NCBI GenBank assembly: GCA_002269645.1
Contig: NIVC01000202.1
Location: forward strand, 124,001-188,000
DNA length: 64,000 nt
Origin: Macrostomum lignano
Lineage: Eukaryota
Reading direction: 5' to 3'
The translations under genes and the position numbers were made by a program. A model generated the notes under the pieces. It saw only the letters and a program-made list of their open reading frames with translations, was not told where the DNA came from and made no database searches. This document shows, piece after piece, positions 14,519 through 26,453 of this stretch; position 1 is the stretch's first letter, and every line of letters starts with the position of its first letter.

Positions 14519-15722
14519 CTTCTGACCAAATCACAGTTTCTGACCAACTAGCACAGTTTCTGACCAACTAGCACAGTTTCTGACCAACTAGCACAGTTTC
14601 TGACCAACTAGCACAGTTTCTGATCAACTAGCACAGTTTCTGACCAACTAGCACAGTTTCTGACCAACTAGCACAGTTTCTGACCAACTAGCACAGTTTC
14701 TGACCAACTAGCACAGTTTCTGACCAACTAGCACAGTTTCTGATCAACTAGCACAGTTTCTGACCAACTAGCACAGTTTCTGACCAACTAGCACAGTTTC
14801 TGACCAACTAGCACAGTTTCTGACCAACTAGCACAGTTTCTGACCAACTAGCGCAGTTTCTGACCAACTAGCACAGTTTCTGACCAACTAGCACAGTTTC
14901 TGACCAACTAGCGCAGTTTCTGACCATATCTAGCACAGTTTCTGACCAACTAGCACAGTTTCTGACCAACTAACACAGTTTCTGACAAACTGACACAGTT
15001 TCTGACCAACTAGCACAGTTTCTGACCAACTAGCACAGTTTCTGACCAACTAGCACAGTTTCCGACCAACTAGCACAGTTTCTGACCAACTGACACAGTT
15101 TTGACCAACTAGCACAGTTTCTGACCAACTAGCACAGTTTCTGACCAACTGACACAGTTTCTGACAAACTGACACAGTTTCTGACCAACTAGCACAGTTT
15201 CTGACCAACTAGCACAGTTTCTGACCAACTAGCACAGTTTCCGACCAACTAGCACAGTTTCTGACCAACTGACACAGTTTTTGACCAACTAGCACAGTTT
15301 CTGACCAACTGACACAGTTTCTGACCAACTGGCACAGTTTCTGACCAACTGACACAGTTTCTGACCAACTGGCACAGTTTCTGACCAACTGGCACAGTTT
15401 CTGACCAACTAACACAGTTTCTGACCGACTGACACAGTTTCTGACCAACTAGCACAGTTTCTGACCGACTGACACAGTTTTTGACCAACTAACACAGTTT
15501 CTGACCGACTGACACAGTTTCTGACCAACTAGCACAGTTTCTGACCGACTGACACAGTTTCTGACCAACTGGCGCAGTTTCTGACCAACTGGCACAGTTT
15601 CTGACCAACTAGCACAGTTTCTGACCAACTAGCACAGTTTCTGACCAACTGACACAGTTTCTGACCAACTGGCTCAGTTTCTGACCAACTGACACAGTTT
15701 TTGGCCAAATCACAGTTTCTGA
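14519..15722. repeat. 20-bp minisatellite (TTTCTGACCAACTAGCACAG)
   Basis: About 60 copies. Confidence 0.96.
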
Positions 15723-15990
15723 CTATAGTGTCACCTACTATTGCAATACTTTCATTAAGCAATATTGGATTATATCGAATTAAGCTTATCAACATAAATC
15801 CATTAGCAAGCACTTAGCAGCACCAACAGGTACCATTGTGAGATTCAAACTGAATTAATTATAGTAACTGGATTTCGAAAAGGACAACACGGAGTGTAGA
15901 TAGTCTTCCTGGATCGGTTTTGAGACTTGTTTTGATCCAGACAATATTTATCTTATTGCGCAAGGTTTAGAATAATTTTTTGTAAGAGTA

Positions 15991-16446
15991 AGGGTTGAGG
16001 TCATCTCTGAGTAGGGTTGAGGTCATCTCTGAGTAGGGTTGAGGTCATCTCTGAGTAGGGTTGAGGTCATCTCTGAGTAGGGTTGAGGTCATCTCTGAGT
16101 AGGGTTGAGGTCATCTCTGAGTAGGGTTGAGGTCATCTCTGAGTAGGGTTGAGGTCATCTCTGAGTAGGGTTGAGGTCATCTCTGAGTAGGGTTGAGGTC
16201 ATCTCTGAGTAGGGTTGAGGTCATCTCTGAGTAGGGTTGAGGTCATCTCTGAGTAGGGTTGAGGTCATCTCTGAGTAGGGTTGAGGGCATCTCTGAGTAG
16301 GGTTGAGGTCATCTCTGAGTAGGGTTGAGGTCATCTCTGAGTAGGGTTGAGGTCATCTCTGAGTAGGGTTGAGGTCATCTCTGAGTAGGGTTGAGGGCAT
16401 CTCTGAGTAGGGTTGAGGTCATCTTTGAGTAAGGGTTGAGGTCATT
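15991..16446. repeat. 22-bp minisatellite (AGGGTTGAGGTCATCTCTGAGT)
   Basis: About 20 near-perfect copies. Confidence 0.96.
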
Positions 16447-16949
16447 TTTCAGCAAGATTATCTCTTATAGTTGTTAGGATTCAATATTTAGGGTTCAAAA
16501 GAAGGGTTAACATGCGGCCTATGTTTTCCATCGCTATTGTACGAAGATCTTGTATTAACAATCCTCCCATCGATGAAAACCGATGAAAATAGGCCAAACT
16601 TCGAAGCAGAAACACGGATGCGTGGGAGTACACTATAAATATATCAAGCAATCCGGCAAAGTCCAAGATCTGCAATCAGCTGTGCTAGAGAAATCTTTTT
16701 TACTCTATTCATATCCCATTTCTCCATCCACAACTTTCCCTAATTCCGCTACCCCCCGATGCTTTTACAAGGGAAATTCTTGGCTAGCAACAACTTGAAG
16801 GAAAATTCCATTCACTAATGCGGCTGCCAGCTCCAGCTTCGTGAACTTTCATTCATGGCGAGCGCATTAAGGGCTTGAACGAAAATAGGACTTTTGTCAA
16901 GGACAAGCATTCCATGTGAATCGAGGTGCCGATCTGAAGGAGTGTACTC

Positions 16950-17510
16950 TTTGAGGATAAACTGTCTATGGCACAAACGCCCAACCCGAGAATTAAGGAT
17001 AAACTGTCTATGGCACGCACAAACCCCAAGCATAGAATTCATAATAAATTGTCTATGGCACAACCCCCCGACCAAGGGATTTCAGGATAAACTGTCTATG
17101 ACACAACCCCCGACCAAGTGATTCCAGGATAAACTGTCTATGACACAAACGCCCGAGCAGGGATTCAGAATGAGCTTCCTATAGCACAAAGGCCCGAGCA
17201 GGGAATTCAGGATAAATTGTCTATGGCACGAACCCTCGACCAGGGAATTTAGTATAAACTGTCTATGTCACAAACGCCAGAGAAGGGAATTCATGATGAA
17301 CTGTCTCTAGTACAAACGCCCGACCAGGGATTTCAGGACAACTGTCTATGGCACGAACCCTTGACCACGGAAATCAGGACAATTGTCTATGGCACAAACG
17401 TCAGAGCACAGGGAATTCAGGATAAACTGTCTATGGCACAAAGGCCCGAGCAGGGAATTCAGGATAAACTGTCTACGACATAACAGCCTACAAAGCAATT
17501 CGCATAGTCT
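16950..17510. repeat. ~42-bp degenerate minisatellite (CAGGATAAACTGTCTATGGCACAAACGCCCGAGCAGGGAATT)
   Basis: Recurrent GATAAACTGTCTATG core about every 42 bp. Confidence 0.85.
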
Positions 17511-17997
17511 ATGGTACAAGCATAGCGGCGAACCTGTCAGAAGTTATCCTCAGATAAAAGCAAATAAAACCTTTTTGCTAAAAAGGTCACTCTGAACGTT
17601 TCGTTAAACTTAATATAGTTAAATTTATTATTGCATGGGCCAAACAACGCATACAACAAAAAATATTTATGCACTTTCCCTGTTTGAAAAACCATTTATT
17701 ACAAAATTTTCATCTCGGCCGCAATGCAAAACAGGAAATTATTATTTAAGGGCGGGAGACAGGGTTGGACAAGATAAGAGCAAAATCTGGGGAGAAAAAA
17801 GCACCCGAGTTGATTGCATATCGATTTTGTCCCAGCTGAACGAGGCTCTTGGCAAATTCTTTAATCCCAGTTGGCTGGCGACTGTCTGTTGCTGGGTCCT
17901 GCTCGATTTGTTAGGAAATATTTTCTGTCAAAATTTATAGCTGAGTTCGTAGTAGAATGAATGCTGCCCTGTGCACTCTTGCCTGTCTTTATCTGGA

Positions 17998-18240
17998 TTG
18001 ATTCTGTCACTCCAGATCAATTCTGTCACTCCAGATCTATTCTGTCACTCAGATCGATTCTGTCACTCCAGATCGATTCTGTCACTCCAGATCTATTCTG
18101 TCACTCCAGATCTATTCTGTCACTCCAGATCTATTCTGTCACTCCAGATCTATTCTGTCACTCCAGATCTATTCTGTCACTCCAGATCTATTCTGTCACT
18201 CCAGATTGATTCTGTCACTCCAGATCTTTCTATTCTGTCA
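17998..18240. repeat. 19-bp minisatellite (TATTCTGTCACTCCAGATC)
   Basis: Direct reading. Confidence 0.93.
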
Positions 18241-18344
18241 GATTTAGTCAAGTATTTTTTCGCTTTAATTCCCATGATTTCAATTAAAACATTGAAGCGG
18301 TTTTTTTATTAAAATAGTTCTACTTTTGTTATTAAGCTAGAATG

Positions 18345-18700
18345 CTACTAGTGAGCTACTAGACTGCAACTAGTGTGCTACTAGACTGCAACTAGTGTGC
18401 TACTAGACTGCAACTAGTGTGCTACTAGACTGCAACTAGTGTGCTACTAGACTGCAACTAGTGTGCTACTAGACTGCAACTATAGTGTGCTACTAGACTG
18501 CAACTAGTGTGCTACTAGACTGCAACTATAGTGTGCTACTAGACTGCAACTAGTGTGCTACTAGACTGCAACTAGTGTGCTACTAGACTGCAACTAGTGT
18601 GCTACTAGACTGCAACTAGTGTGCTACTAGACTGCAACTAGTGTGCTACTAGACTGCAACTAGTGTGCTACTAGACTGCAACTAGTGTGCTACTAAACTG
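18345..18700. repeat. 22-bp minisatellite (TAGACTGCAACTAGTGTGCTAC)
   Basis: Direct reading. Confidence 0.94.
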
Positions 18701-19445
18701 TCCTTGAAAATCGTGCAAGGCCAGATCGGGCTGGGCTTCTAAAAATACATCAGCAAGATTGAAATGCTTCAGTTTTGTTTTAAACACATTATAAAGATTG
18801 CTTCATATTCTGGAGTTTCATTCAAGGTGTCAATCAATAAAAACCGCATATTGTCATTTTAGTGCTAAAAAACGAAAACAGACGTCCAGCGATGACTAGG
18901 CGACGTTAATCCGACCTACGCGTATTTAACACCCATCTATCTTAGAGAACATCACGCGGTGCTTGCATGATTTTTTAAATTTTGTTTTCCATATAATACA
19001 TTATTATGAGCTCAGCTCACAATTTTTTTTTCAACGCGACATCAACTGCTGCAGCTTAATTAGAATGCAGGTGAGCCAGCCGAGTCACCTTTGCCAACCG
19101 CTCGGGAAGAAAGAAAGAGAAAGAAAGAATGCAGCATTATCACAAGGCGAGTGCGCGCTGCAGATTCAAGGCTGGACAATCGCTGCTTAAAAGATAGCTG
19201 GGCCCGTTCATGCGTGGCATTGTGCCAGCAGCCTCCCCCCACTGTGCTATGCTCTGCCTGCCAGACCCTCATGCTTCTCTCTGCCGGGGGATGGGGGGGG
19301 GGTAAACAACAAGCAACTTTCCTGCACTTGTACTGCTTAAATAACCAAACGGCCAGGGCTTTTTTCGAAAATGATAGAAGATTGAAGCCACCATCTAAAG
19401 TTTTCAAGCCTTAGCACCTCAGGGCAACTGCTGAAACTCAGAGCC

Positions 19446-19658
19446 ATGCAGGCAAGCAGCAAGCCGACAAACCTGGCCCAGACTTATAGGGCCACGCACC
19501 AGACAAGGGCACCGCCTGCCGAAGAGAAAAGCGACATCGCCGACAATCCGTTCCTGAACGCCTTCATTGCCATTGACGAGGACGGCAGCGAGACCATCAC
19601 GGTTGATGAGCTGAGGGCCTACATGAAGAAGAACAACTTTCAGGAGTCCTTTGTCAAG
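19446..19658 (+). CDS. Tegument allergen-like (TAL; 2 EF-hands + dynein light chain domain) protein, exon 1 of 3
   Basis: EF-hand loop DEDGSETITVDE. Donor AAG|GTTCGG at 19659, phase 0. Confidence 0.85.
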
Positions 19659-19830
19659 GTTCGGTTGGCGACTAACCGGGCTGGGCTGCTCCAGATGGGA
19701 ATTTAGAAACTAAGAAGGAGAGGCCAGAGCTCTAAGACAGACAGCCATTCCGTGCGCGGCCCCACATTCATTGGGGGGCTGGTGTGCACGTAAAATAAAA
19801 TTGGCCCGAGGGGATTGTCATGCCATAAAG

Positions 19831-20181
19831 GGGGGCCGTAGCCCAGCGGTAGCGCAGCTGCTCTGGTGTGCCAGCGGCTCAGGCTCGATTCCAAGTGCAG
19901 TCACATTAATTTGAGGCTAAATTGGAATCTCGGCTTGGCTCTGCTCGTGCAATTAACGCCACTGAGAGCCAACCCCCCAGGGCGCAGTGAAGTGTACATG
20001 CCTAACGATAAATAAAGTTAGGGCCGCTGTACACTCCTGTGTGAGTGTGCGCCTGTGCGTATGACTGCGTACGCATCCGCGCGCTTGTGTGCCTGCTCAG
20101 GGGAGTCGGCGGAATGGGCAGTAATGCCTCTCGCCGGTTGTGCGACAATGTCGCTTGAAGTGCGCCAGAGTGCACACAGCC
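19831..20181 (+). mobile_element. tRNA-derived SINE, family A, copy 1 (TAL intron 1)
   Basis: A-box TAGCCCAGCGG (19839-19849), B-box GGCTCGATTCC (19882-19892). Body repeated at 21267-21616 and 35145-35305. Confidence 0.85.
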
Positions 20182-20204
20182 CCCGGCCTCTAATAAAAAA
20201 ATTG

Positions 20205-20400
20205 TCATGTCATTCACAGCCATGAGGGCCAACCCCCAAGGCACAGAGAGTGTACATGCCTGACGATTAGAAAGTCAGGGCCGCTGTACACCCTGGGTGA
20301 GCTGTGTATGAGTGATTTGCCTGCGTGCAGTATTGGCGCGCTTCAGTCAGTGCTGATGGCGGGACGATGTCGCTGAGGGCATTGCGCCAGGGTGCCATAT
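20205..20400 (+). mobile_element. Diverged partial copy of the SINE family A body
   Basis: GGCCAACCCCCAAGG..GTGTACATGCCTGACGAT..GGGCCGCTGTACAC resembles 19965-20040. Confidence 0.6.
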
Positions 20401-20479
20401 TACAGACGGACACTAAGATACCAAGCGATAAAAAGCTACAGACAGACGATTCACTGCAACAACTCAAATTTCCGCACAG

Positions 20480-20568
20480 AAATGGCTCACCATGTTCGAC
20501 CTAGACGGAGACGGAGTCATCAGCTTTGACGAGTTCTGCGAAGTCCTCGGCCTGCAGACGAAAAGCGC
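20480..20568 (+). CDS. TAL protein, exon 2 of 3 (second EF-hand)
   Basis: Acceptor CGCACAG|AAA. Encodes KWLTMFDLDGDGVISFDEFCEVLG. Donor GC|GTAAG, phase 2. Confidence 0.88.
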
Positions 20569-20646
20569 GTAAGCTGAACTGTTTAATCCCGCTAGACCGT
20601 GGCATTCAAAAGTTAAAATAGATCAAATGCAAAATCGGGTTTTCAG

Positions 20647-20974
20647 ACGCAACTACCGACGTCAGAGCCTCATCCGCTCCGGCCTGCCAAGCGACGTCCG
20701 AATCATCCTGGTCCACATGAGCGAGTGGACCCAGTACCAGGTCGTGCAAATCGTCCGCAACGCCTGCTCGAACTTCAACGACGAGCGCGACATCGCTATG
20801 AACGTGAAGCAGCGTCTTGACCGCGAGTTCGGCCCGATGTGGCACATCATGATAGTGCAGGGCAAGTACTACGCCAGCTACAGTCACGAGCCGGAGATGT
20901 GCATCTTCTTCAAGTTCGACTCTCGGGTGTTCTTAATCTGGAAGACGCCGGAGGAAGGACCGCGAAAGCAATGA
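20647..20974 (+). CDS. TAL protein, exon 3 of 3 (dynein light chain-like domain); spliced CDS 630 nt = 209 aa
   Basis: Acceptor TTTTCAG|A keeps the frame. IAMNVKQRLDREFGPMWHIMIVQGKYYASYSHE...FLIWKTP is the DLC-type signature. Confidence 0.9.
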
Positions 20975-21266
20975 AAATTATTTCCAACCTTCGAACAACA
21001 TATCTATAAAAGCGCATTCTTATCGTTAGGAAGTTTTCTACGTCCTGTCATGTTAAAATCATCCAAGTGTACCGCTGTATGAAAGATACTCGTAGCGATT
21101 TGTTTTTTTGTTAGTTAAAAACTAGACCGGGTTTACACTTTAGCCGTACAGTGTGAACCAAATAGAAATCCCATGGCAGAATGAGTTCTCACATTTCGGT
21201 AAAAACTTTAAATTAATCAAATTAAATTCGACGCTCGTGATTTGCAACACATCATTCTTACAGGCA

Positions 21267-21616
21267 GGGCTGTGTCCCTGGCGCACTTTAAGCGACATTA
21301 TCGCACAACCGGCGAGAGGCATTGCTGCCCATTCCGCCGACTCCCCTGAGCAGGCACACAAGCGCGCGGATACGTACGCAGTCATACGCACAGGCACACA
21401 CTCACACAGGAGTGTACAGCGGCCCTAACTTTATTTATCGTTAGGCATGTACACTTCACTGTGTCTTGAGGGTTGAGGGCCCTCAATGGCGTTAATTGCA
21501 CGAGCAGAGCCAAGCCGAGATTCCAATTTAGTCCCAAATTAATGTGACTGCACTTGGAATCGAGCCTGGGCCGCTGGTACATCAGAGCGCCGTGCTGGAC
21601 CACTGGGCTACGGCCC
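21267..21616 (-). mobile_element. tRNA-derived SINE, family A, copy 2 (inverted relative to copy 1)
   Basis: Reverse complement matches 19831-20181 along its whole length. Confidence 0.85.
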
Positions 21617-22571
21617 TCTTGAAGCACAGTATTGCAATTCGCAGTAATTCACAATGAACTCTGCTACCCAGAACTTACAGACAACAATGTCCCCCGACTG
21701 AGATTTCTTGACTCAGATCACGCAATGTACTCGTGTCTGCTCTCTCCTTTCGTGTGAAGTTGCCGAGCTTAGCCCAGCAGGATGTGGGAATAATGGAATT
21801 CTCATGCAGCACTCATTGCCCCTGACCTCCGCGACAAGTCACCAGAACGAAGACTCTACGATATTTAATAGCTGAGCTAATTATTAACTAAACGTACATC
21901 GTGCATTTAGCACAGTCAACTTCATCTGGCTATTGAATGGAAAATTCTGCAGGAAGTTCCACCTGGAGTGAGAAGCCTCTGCCGAACAAGATGTCAAGGG
22001 AAAGGCGAATTTTTTTGAGAATCATGTGACTCAGAATGAATATTGGCTTCCGAATGGGATTTTGGGAAAATAACTCCCATATATGGCTGCTGTTTTTCGT
22101 TGCAGTTCGAGTAGCTACTGTTTTTTCATGCGAAAAATTTTGTTGGGAAAAACATTGCTAAATCAAAATGAAGGTTGAGCAGCTTCGGTGTGGCTCAGTG
22201 TAGATAATTAGTTCATTAAATAAAATCTAAGTCAATTTGTAAGCAAAACGCATGCCAATATAAAGTTTGGGAAAAACTTTTTTCTAATAAAGTCATTTTA
22301 TTTTCATAGTTATCAAAGTTGAAAAAGTATAGTTATTAAAGCAACAAAACATGCAGAGGCCTACAAAACCTTGCCAATAGAAATACATTTTAACGATGGG
22401 CAGTTCCTTCGATTTCTCGCTCTTTCTATTGAAGTTAACAGATCCTGCCACTATTTTAGAGCTCTTTAGTAAAAAAGTTCATTATGTACTTCCACTCTTC
22501 GACCATTTATGTCAGACAGTTAATTGTTACATTTAATTGGGGTGCCAGAAGGACTAGCAAAACGGGCTAAG

Positions 22572-23483
22572 GTGTCAAATAGGCTTCATGGGGTGTCAAA
22601 TAGGCTTCATGGGATGTCAACTAGGCTTCATGGGGTGTCAACTAGGCTTCATGGGATGTCAACTAGGCTTCATGGGGTGTCAACTAGGCTTAATGGGGTG
22701 TCAAATAGGCTTCATGAGGTGTCAAATAGGCTTCATGGGGTGTCAAATAGGCTTCATGGGGTGTCAAATAGGCTTCATGGGATGTCAACTAGGCTTCATG
22801 GGGTGTCAAATAGGCTTCATGGGATGTCAAATAGGCTTCATGGGATGTCAAATAGGCTTCATGGGGTGTCAAATAGGCTTCATGGGGTGTCAAATAGGCT
22901 TCATGGGGTGTCAAATAGGCTTCATGGTGAGTCAAATAGGCTTCATAGGGTGTCAAATAGGCTTAATGGGGTGTCAAATAGGCTTCATGGGGTGTCAAAT
23001 AGGCTTCATGGGATGTCAACTAGGCTTCATGGGGTGTCAAATAGGCTTCATGGGATGTCAAATAGGCTTCATGGGATGTCAAATAGGCTTCATGGGGTGT
23101 CAACTAGGCTTCATGGGGTGTCAAATAGGCTTCATGGGATGTCAACTAGGCTTCATGGGGTGTCAACTAGGCTTCATGGGGTGTCAACTAGGCTTCATGG
23201 GGTGTCAAATAGGCTTCATGGGGTGTCAAATAGGCTTCATGGGGTGTCAAATAGGCTTCATGGGGTGTCAAATAGGCTTCATGGTGAGTCAAATAGGCTT
23301 CATAGGGTGTCAAATAGGCTTAATGGGGTGTCAACTAGGCTTCATGGGGTGTCAACTAGGCTTCATGGGGTGTCAACTAGGCTTCATGGGGTGTCAAATA
23401 GGCTCTAAGTGTGTCAAATAGACTCTAGGAGTGTCAAATAGGCTTCAGAGGTGTCCAATAGGCTTCATGGGTGTCCAATAGGC
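22572..23483. repeat. 21-bp minisatellite (GTCAAATAGGCTTCATGGGGT)
   Basis: About 43 copies. Explains the VSNRLHG/MGCQIGF ORFs. Confidence 0.96.
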
Positions 23484-23574
23484 ATCAGATATAAGCTTCG
23501 GGGAAATATGACCCAACTAAAAATTTACACTAAATCATGCACCCTACATTGAGTTCTAGCAATGCAGGCTGGCT

Positions 23575-23774
23575 CTAACTATCGCTGACCAAGCAGCGAA
23601 TGGCCAGTGGATAAACAAGAGTGTCATCGAATATGTTGCCCTCGGTGTCCATGCCGCCGTTAATTAGCAGGCAGGTGACAAGATAGGTCGGCCGCTGCCC
23701 GCTTCCGGCCCCCAGCGCCCCGCCTTCGACAGTTGAATTTTCTGCACTCGGAGTGCCAGCCGCTGATTCCGAAT
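23575..23774 (-). CDS. RABEPK: Rab9 effector protein with kelch motifs (p40), exon 4 of 4
   Basis: Acceptor TTTATCCCAAG, phase 1. Encodes TCLLINGGMDTEGNIFDDTLV (human recalled as LLCLVFGGMNTEGEIYDDCIV). Stop TAG at 23577-23575. Missed by the ORF track. Confidence 0.88.
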
Positions 23775-23976
23775 CTTGGGATAAAGGAGGTGGAGATGCA
23801 TTTGTGGACTGATCTGCCTACTGCTAGTAGGATTGTAGAATTAGTGTGCTTAAGTGGTCAGTCAGTCAGCCAATTGTATTTGCTTACAATATGGGACCGC
23901 GGCGTCTCGCTCTCACTTCTCCTCTCACACTCACTCACTCACTCACTCACTCACTCACAAACAAACAAACAAACAA

Positions 23977-23977
23977 G

Positions 23978-24026
<49 letters not shown>

Positions 24027-24038
24027 GAACGAACTAAC
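23977..24038. repeat. (AACT)n microsatellite, left part
   Basis: Interrupted by the foldback element. Preceded by (CTCA)n and (AAAC)n. Confidence 0.9.
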
Positions 24039-25335
24039 GGGGTGCTTTCACAAGGTCGAAATTTCACAACGTCGAAAAGCAAATTATTGCACAAGGTCGA
24101 AATTTCACAAGGTCGAAATTTCACAACATCGAAAACTTTAGCAAGAGACTTCATAAGGTCGAAATTTCACAAGGTCGAAATTTCACAACATCGAAAACTC
24201 GAAAAGCAGCCACTTTCATAAGGTCGAAATTTCACAAGGTCGAAATTTCACAAGGTCGAAATTTCACAACATCGAAAACTCGAAAAGCAGCCACTTTCAT
24301 AAGGTCGAAATTTCACAAGGTCGAAATTTCACAACATCGAAAACTTTAGCAAGAGACTTCATAAGGTCGAAATTTCACAAGGTCGAAATTTCACAACATC
24401 GAAAACTCGAAAAGCAGCCACTTTCATAAGGTCGAAATTTCGCAAGGTCGAAATTTCACAACATCGAAAACTCTAGCAGAAGACTTAATAGTTGTAAGCC
24501 TTCGAGGCTTTTCTATATTCTATTGTTGTTTAGTAGGCCTATATATGTTGTAGGTGTTTTTCTGTTTGTCACTTAGTCTAATTTATCCTAACCAGTCATT
24601 GCCAAAGTTATAGGGCTTTTTTCTCTTTTCAAAGTTTTTCTCTTTTCCCCTAAATTTATCATACTTCTGATACCAAATTTTAGGTGCTTTTTACTGCTCT
24701 AATTCCAAAATGCTTCCCAACTATATAGCTAAACTTACAGCTTATGTAAACTAACCCATCGTCCCAGTAGTGATAAGACACTTAGCAGAGCACTCAGCAC
24801 TCCTTGACGTTGAACTACTTAAAGAAGAAGTGATTAAAAACTTCTCTGAACCAAACATTGTAAAATTTTGATCTTTTCATACTTGAGGCTGCTAAATTCT
24901 CAGTTTTTACATTGTAAAATTTCGATCTTATGAAAGTGGCTGCTATTTGAGTTTTCGACCTTGTGAAATTTCGACCTTATGAAGTCAAAGTTTTCGATGT
25001 TGTGAAATTTCGATGTTGTGAAATTTCGACCTTATGAAGTCTCTTGCTAAAGTTTTCGATGTTGTGAAATTTCGACCTTATGAAGTCTCTTGCTAAAGTT
25101 TTCGATGTTGTGAAATTTCGACCTTATGAAAGTGGCTGCTTTTCGAGTTTTCGATGTTGTGAAATTTCGACCTTGTGAAATTTCTACCTTGTGAAAGTGG
25201 CTGCTTTTCGAGTTTTCGATGTTGTGAAATTTCGACCTTGTGAAATTTCGACCTTATGAAAGTGGCTGCTTTTCGAGTTTTCGATGTTATGAAATTTCGA
25301 CGTTGTGAAATTTCGAGTTTGTGAACCCCCCCCCC
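24039..25335. mobile_element. Foldback/MULE-like non-autonomous DNA transposon with modular inverted arms and 9-bp TSD (CGAACTAAC)
   Basis: Left arm 24039-24480 and right arm about 24860-25335 are inverted arrays of AAGGTCGAAATTTCAC modules around an AT-rich spacer. CGAACTAAC lies at both 24030-24038 and 25336-25344. Confidence 0.82.
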
Positions 25336-25336
25336 C

Positions 25337-25420
25337 GAACTAACTAACTAACTAACTAACTAAGTAAGTAACTAATTAACTAACTAACTAACTATCAAAA
25401 TCACTAACTAACTAACTAAG

Positions 25421-25459
<39 letters not shown>

Positions 25460-25566
25460 TTAACTAACTAACTAGCTAACTAACTAACTAACTAACTAAC
25501 TAACGAACGAACTAACTAACTAACTAAGTAACTAATTAACTAACTAACTAACTAACTATCAAAATC

Positions 25567-25651
<85 letters not shown>

Positions 25652-25737
25652 CAAAATCACTAACTAACTAACTAATTAACTAATTAACTAACTAACTAAC
25701 TAACTAACTAGCTAACTATCAAAATCACTAACTAACT
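25337..25737. repeat. (AACT)n microsatellite, right part
   Basis: Direct reading. Confidence 0.95.
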
Positions 25738-25861
25738 TAGTTCCTCTCTCCTTCTCGTTTCTCCTCTTTTTCATGAGAGAAATATGAATGCAAGAACATA
25801 ATTTTCCAGCTCATATGGTTGGAACTGCAAATCCTCGTACTCAAAAAATCCCAGAGCTCAC

Positions 25862-25996
25862 CCTGCCGCTGCTGAGGCTGCTGCTCATCTTCATCTCGAT
25901 CCGGTCGGATTTCAATGTCGCACAGGCAGTGGGCGAAGTCAAGCCTAGGCTGGAGCGCGTCGCCCTGCACTTCGATGCGGCTCCATTGGTAGGTTT
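25862..25996 (-). CDS. RABEPK: RABEPK exon 3 of 4
   Basis: Acceptor TTTTCTTAG. ETYQWSRIEVQGDALQPRLDFAHCL. Donor G|GTGAG, phase 1. Confidence 0.87.
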
Positions 25997-26079
25997 CTAA
26001 GAAAACCGAATAATTGGAAAAGTACACGGTCACTTTAGAATAATAAAAGTTATTAGCATAAAAAGCTTTGACTTTGGCG

Positions 26080-26268
26080 CTATTTCAGCGTGGGCAGTGC
26101 CGAACTTTGGCGTCATTTTAGCGACACGAGCGCCTCATTTTGGCGCCAGAACAGCCTGATTTTGGCGCCATTTTAGCACCAGAAAAGCCCTCATTTTGGC
26201 GCCAGAACAGTTTGATTTTGGCGCCATTTTAGCACCAGAAAAGCCCTCATTTTGGCGCCATTTTAGCG
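26080..26268. repeat. Degenerate TTTTGGCGCC-cored tandem repeat in RABEPK intron 2
   Basis: Recurrent TTTGGCGCC and TTTTAGCACCAGAAAAGCCCTCA. Confidence 0.75.
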
Positions 26269-26453
26269 TCGGGAAGCCTTACAAACATTAATGAAATATA
26301 ATAGTTTAACTAAGTTAGAATATAATCTTCCATTTCTAAACAATGGGATTAGTACTGAAGCACTTTTTATCTGCAATCCATTAGCTGATTGCGACTCTTT
26401 CTTGATAATGCGATACCCATCAGTCAGAGAGTCGGTCTCAATACTGCTCTCAC

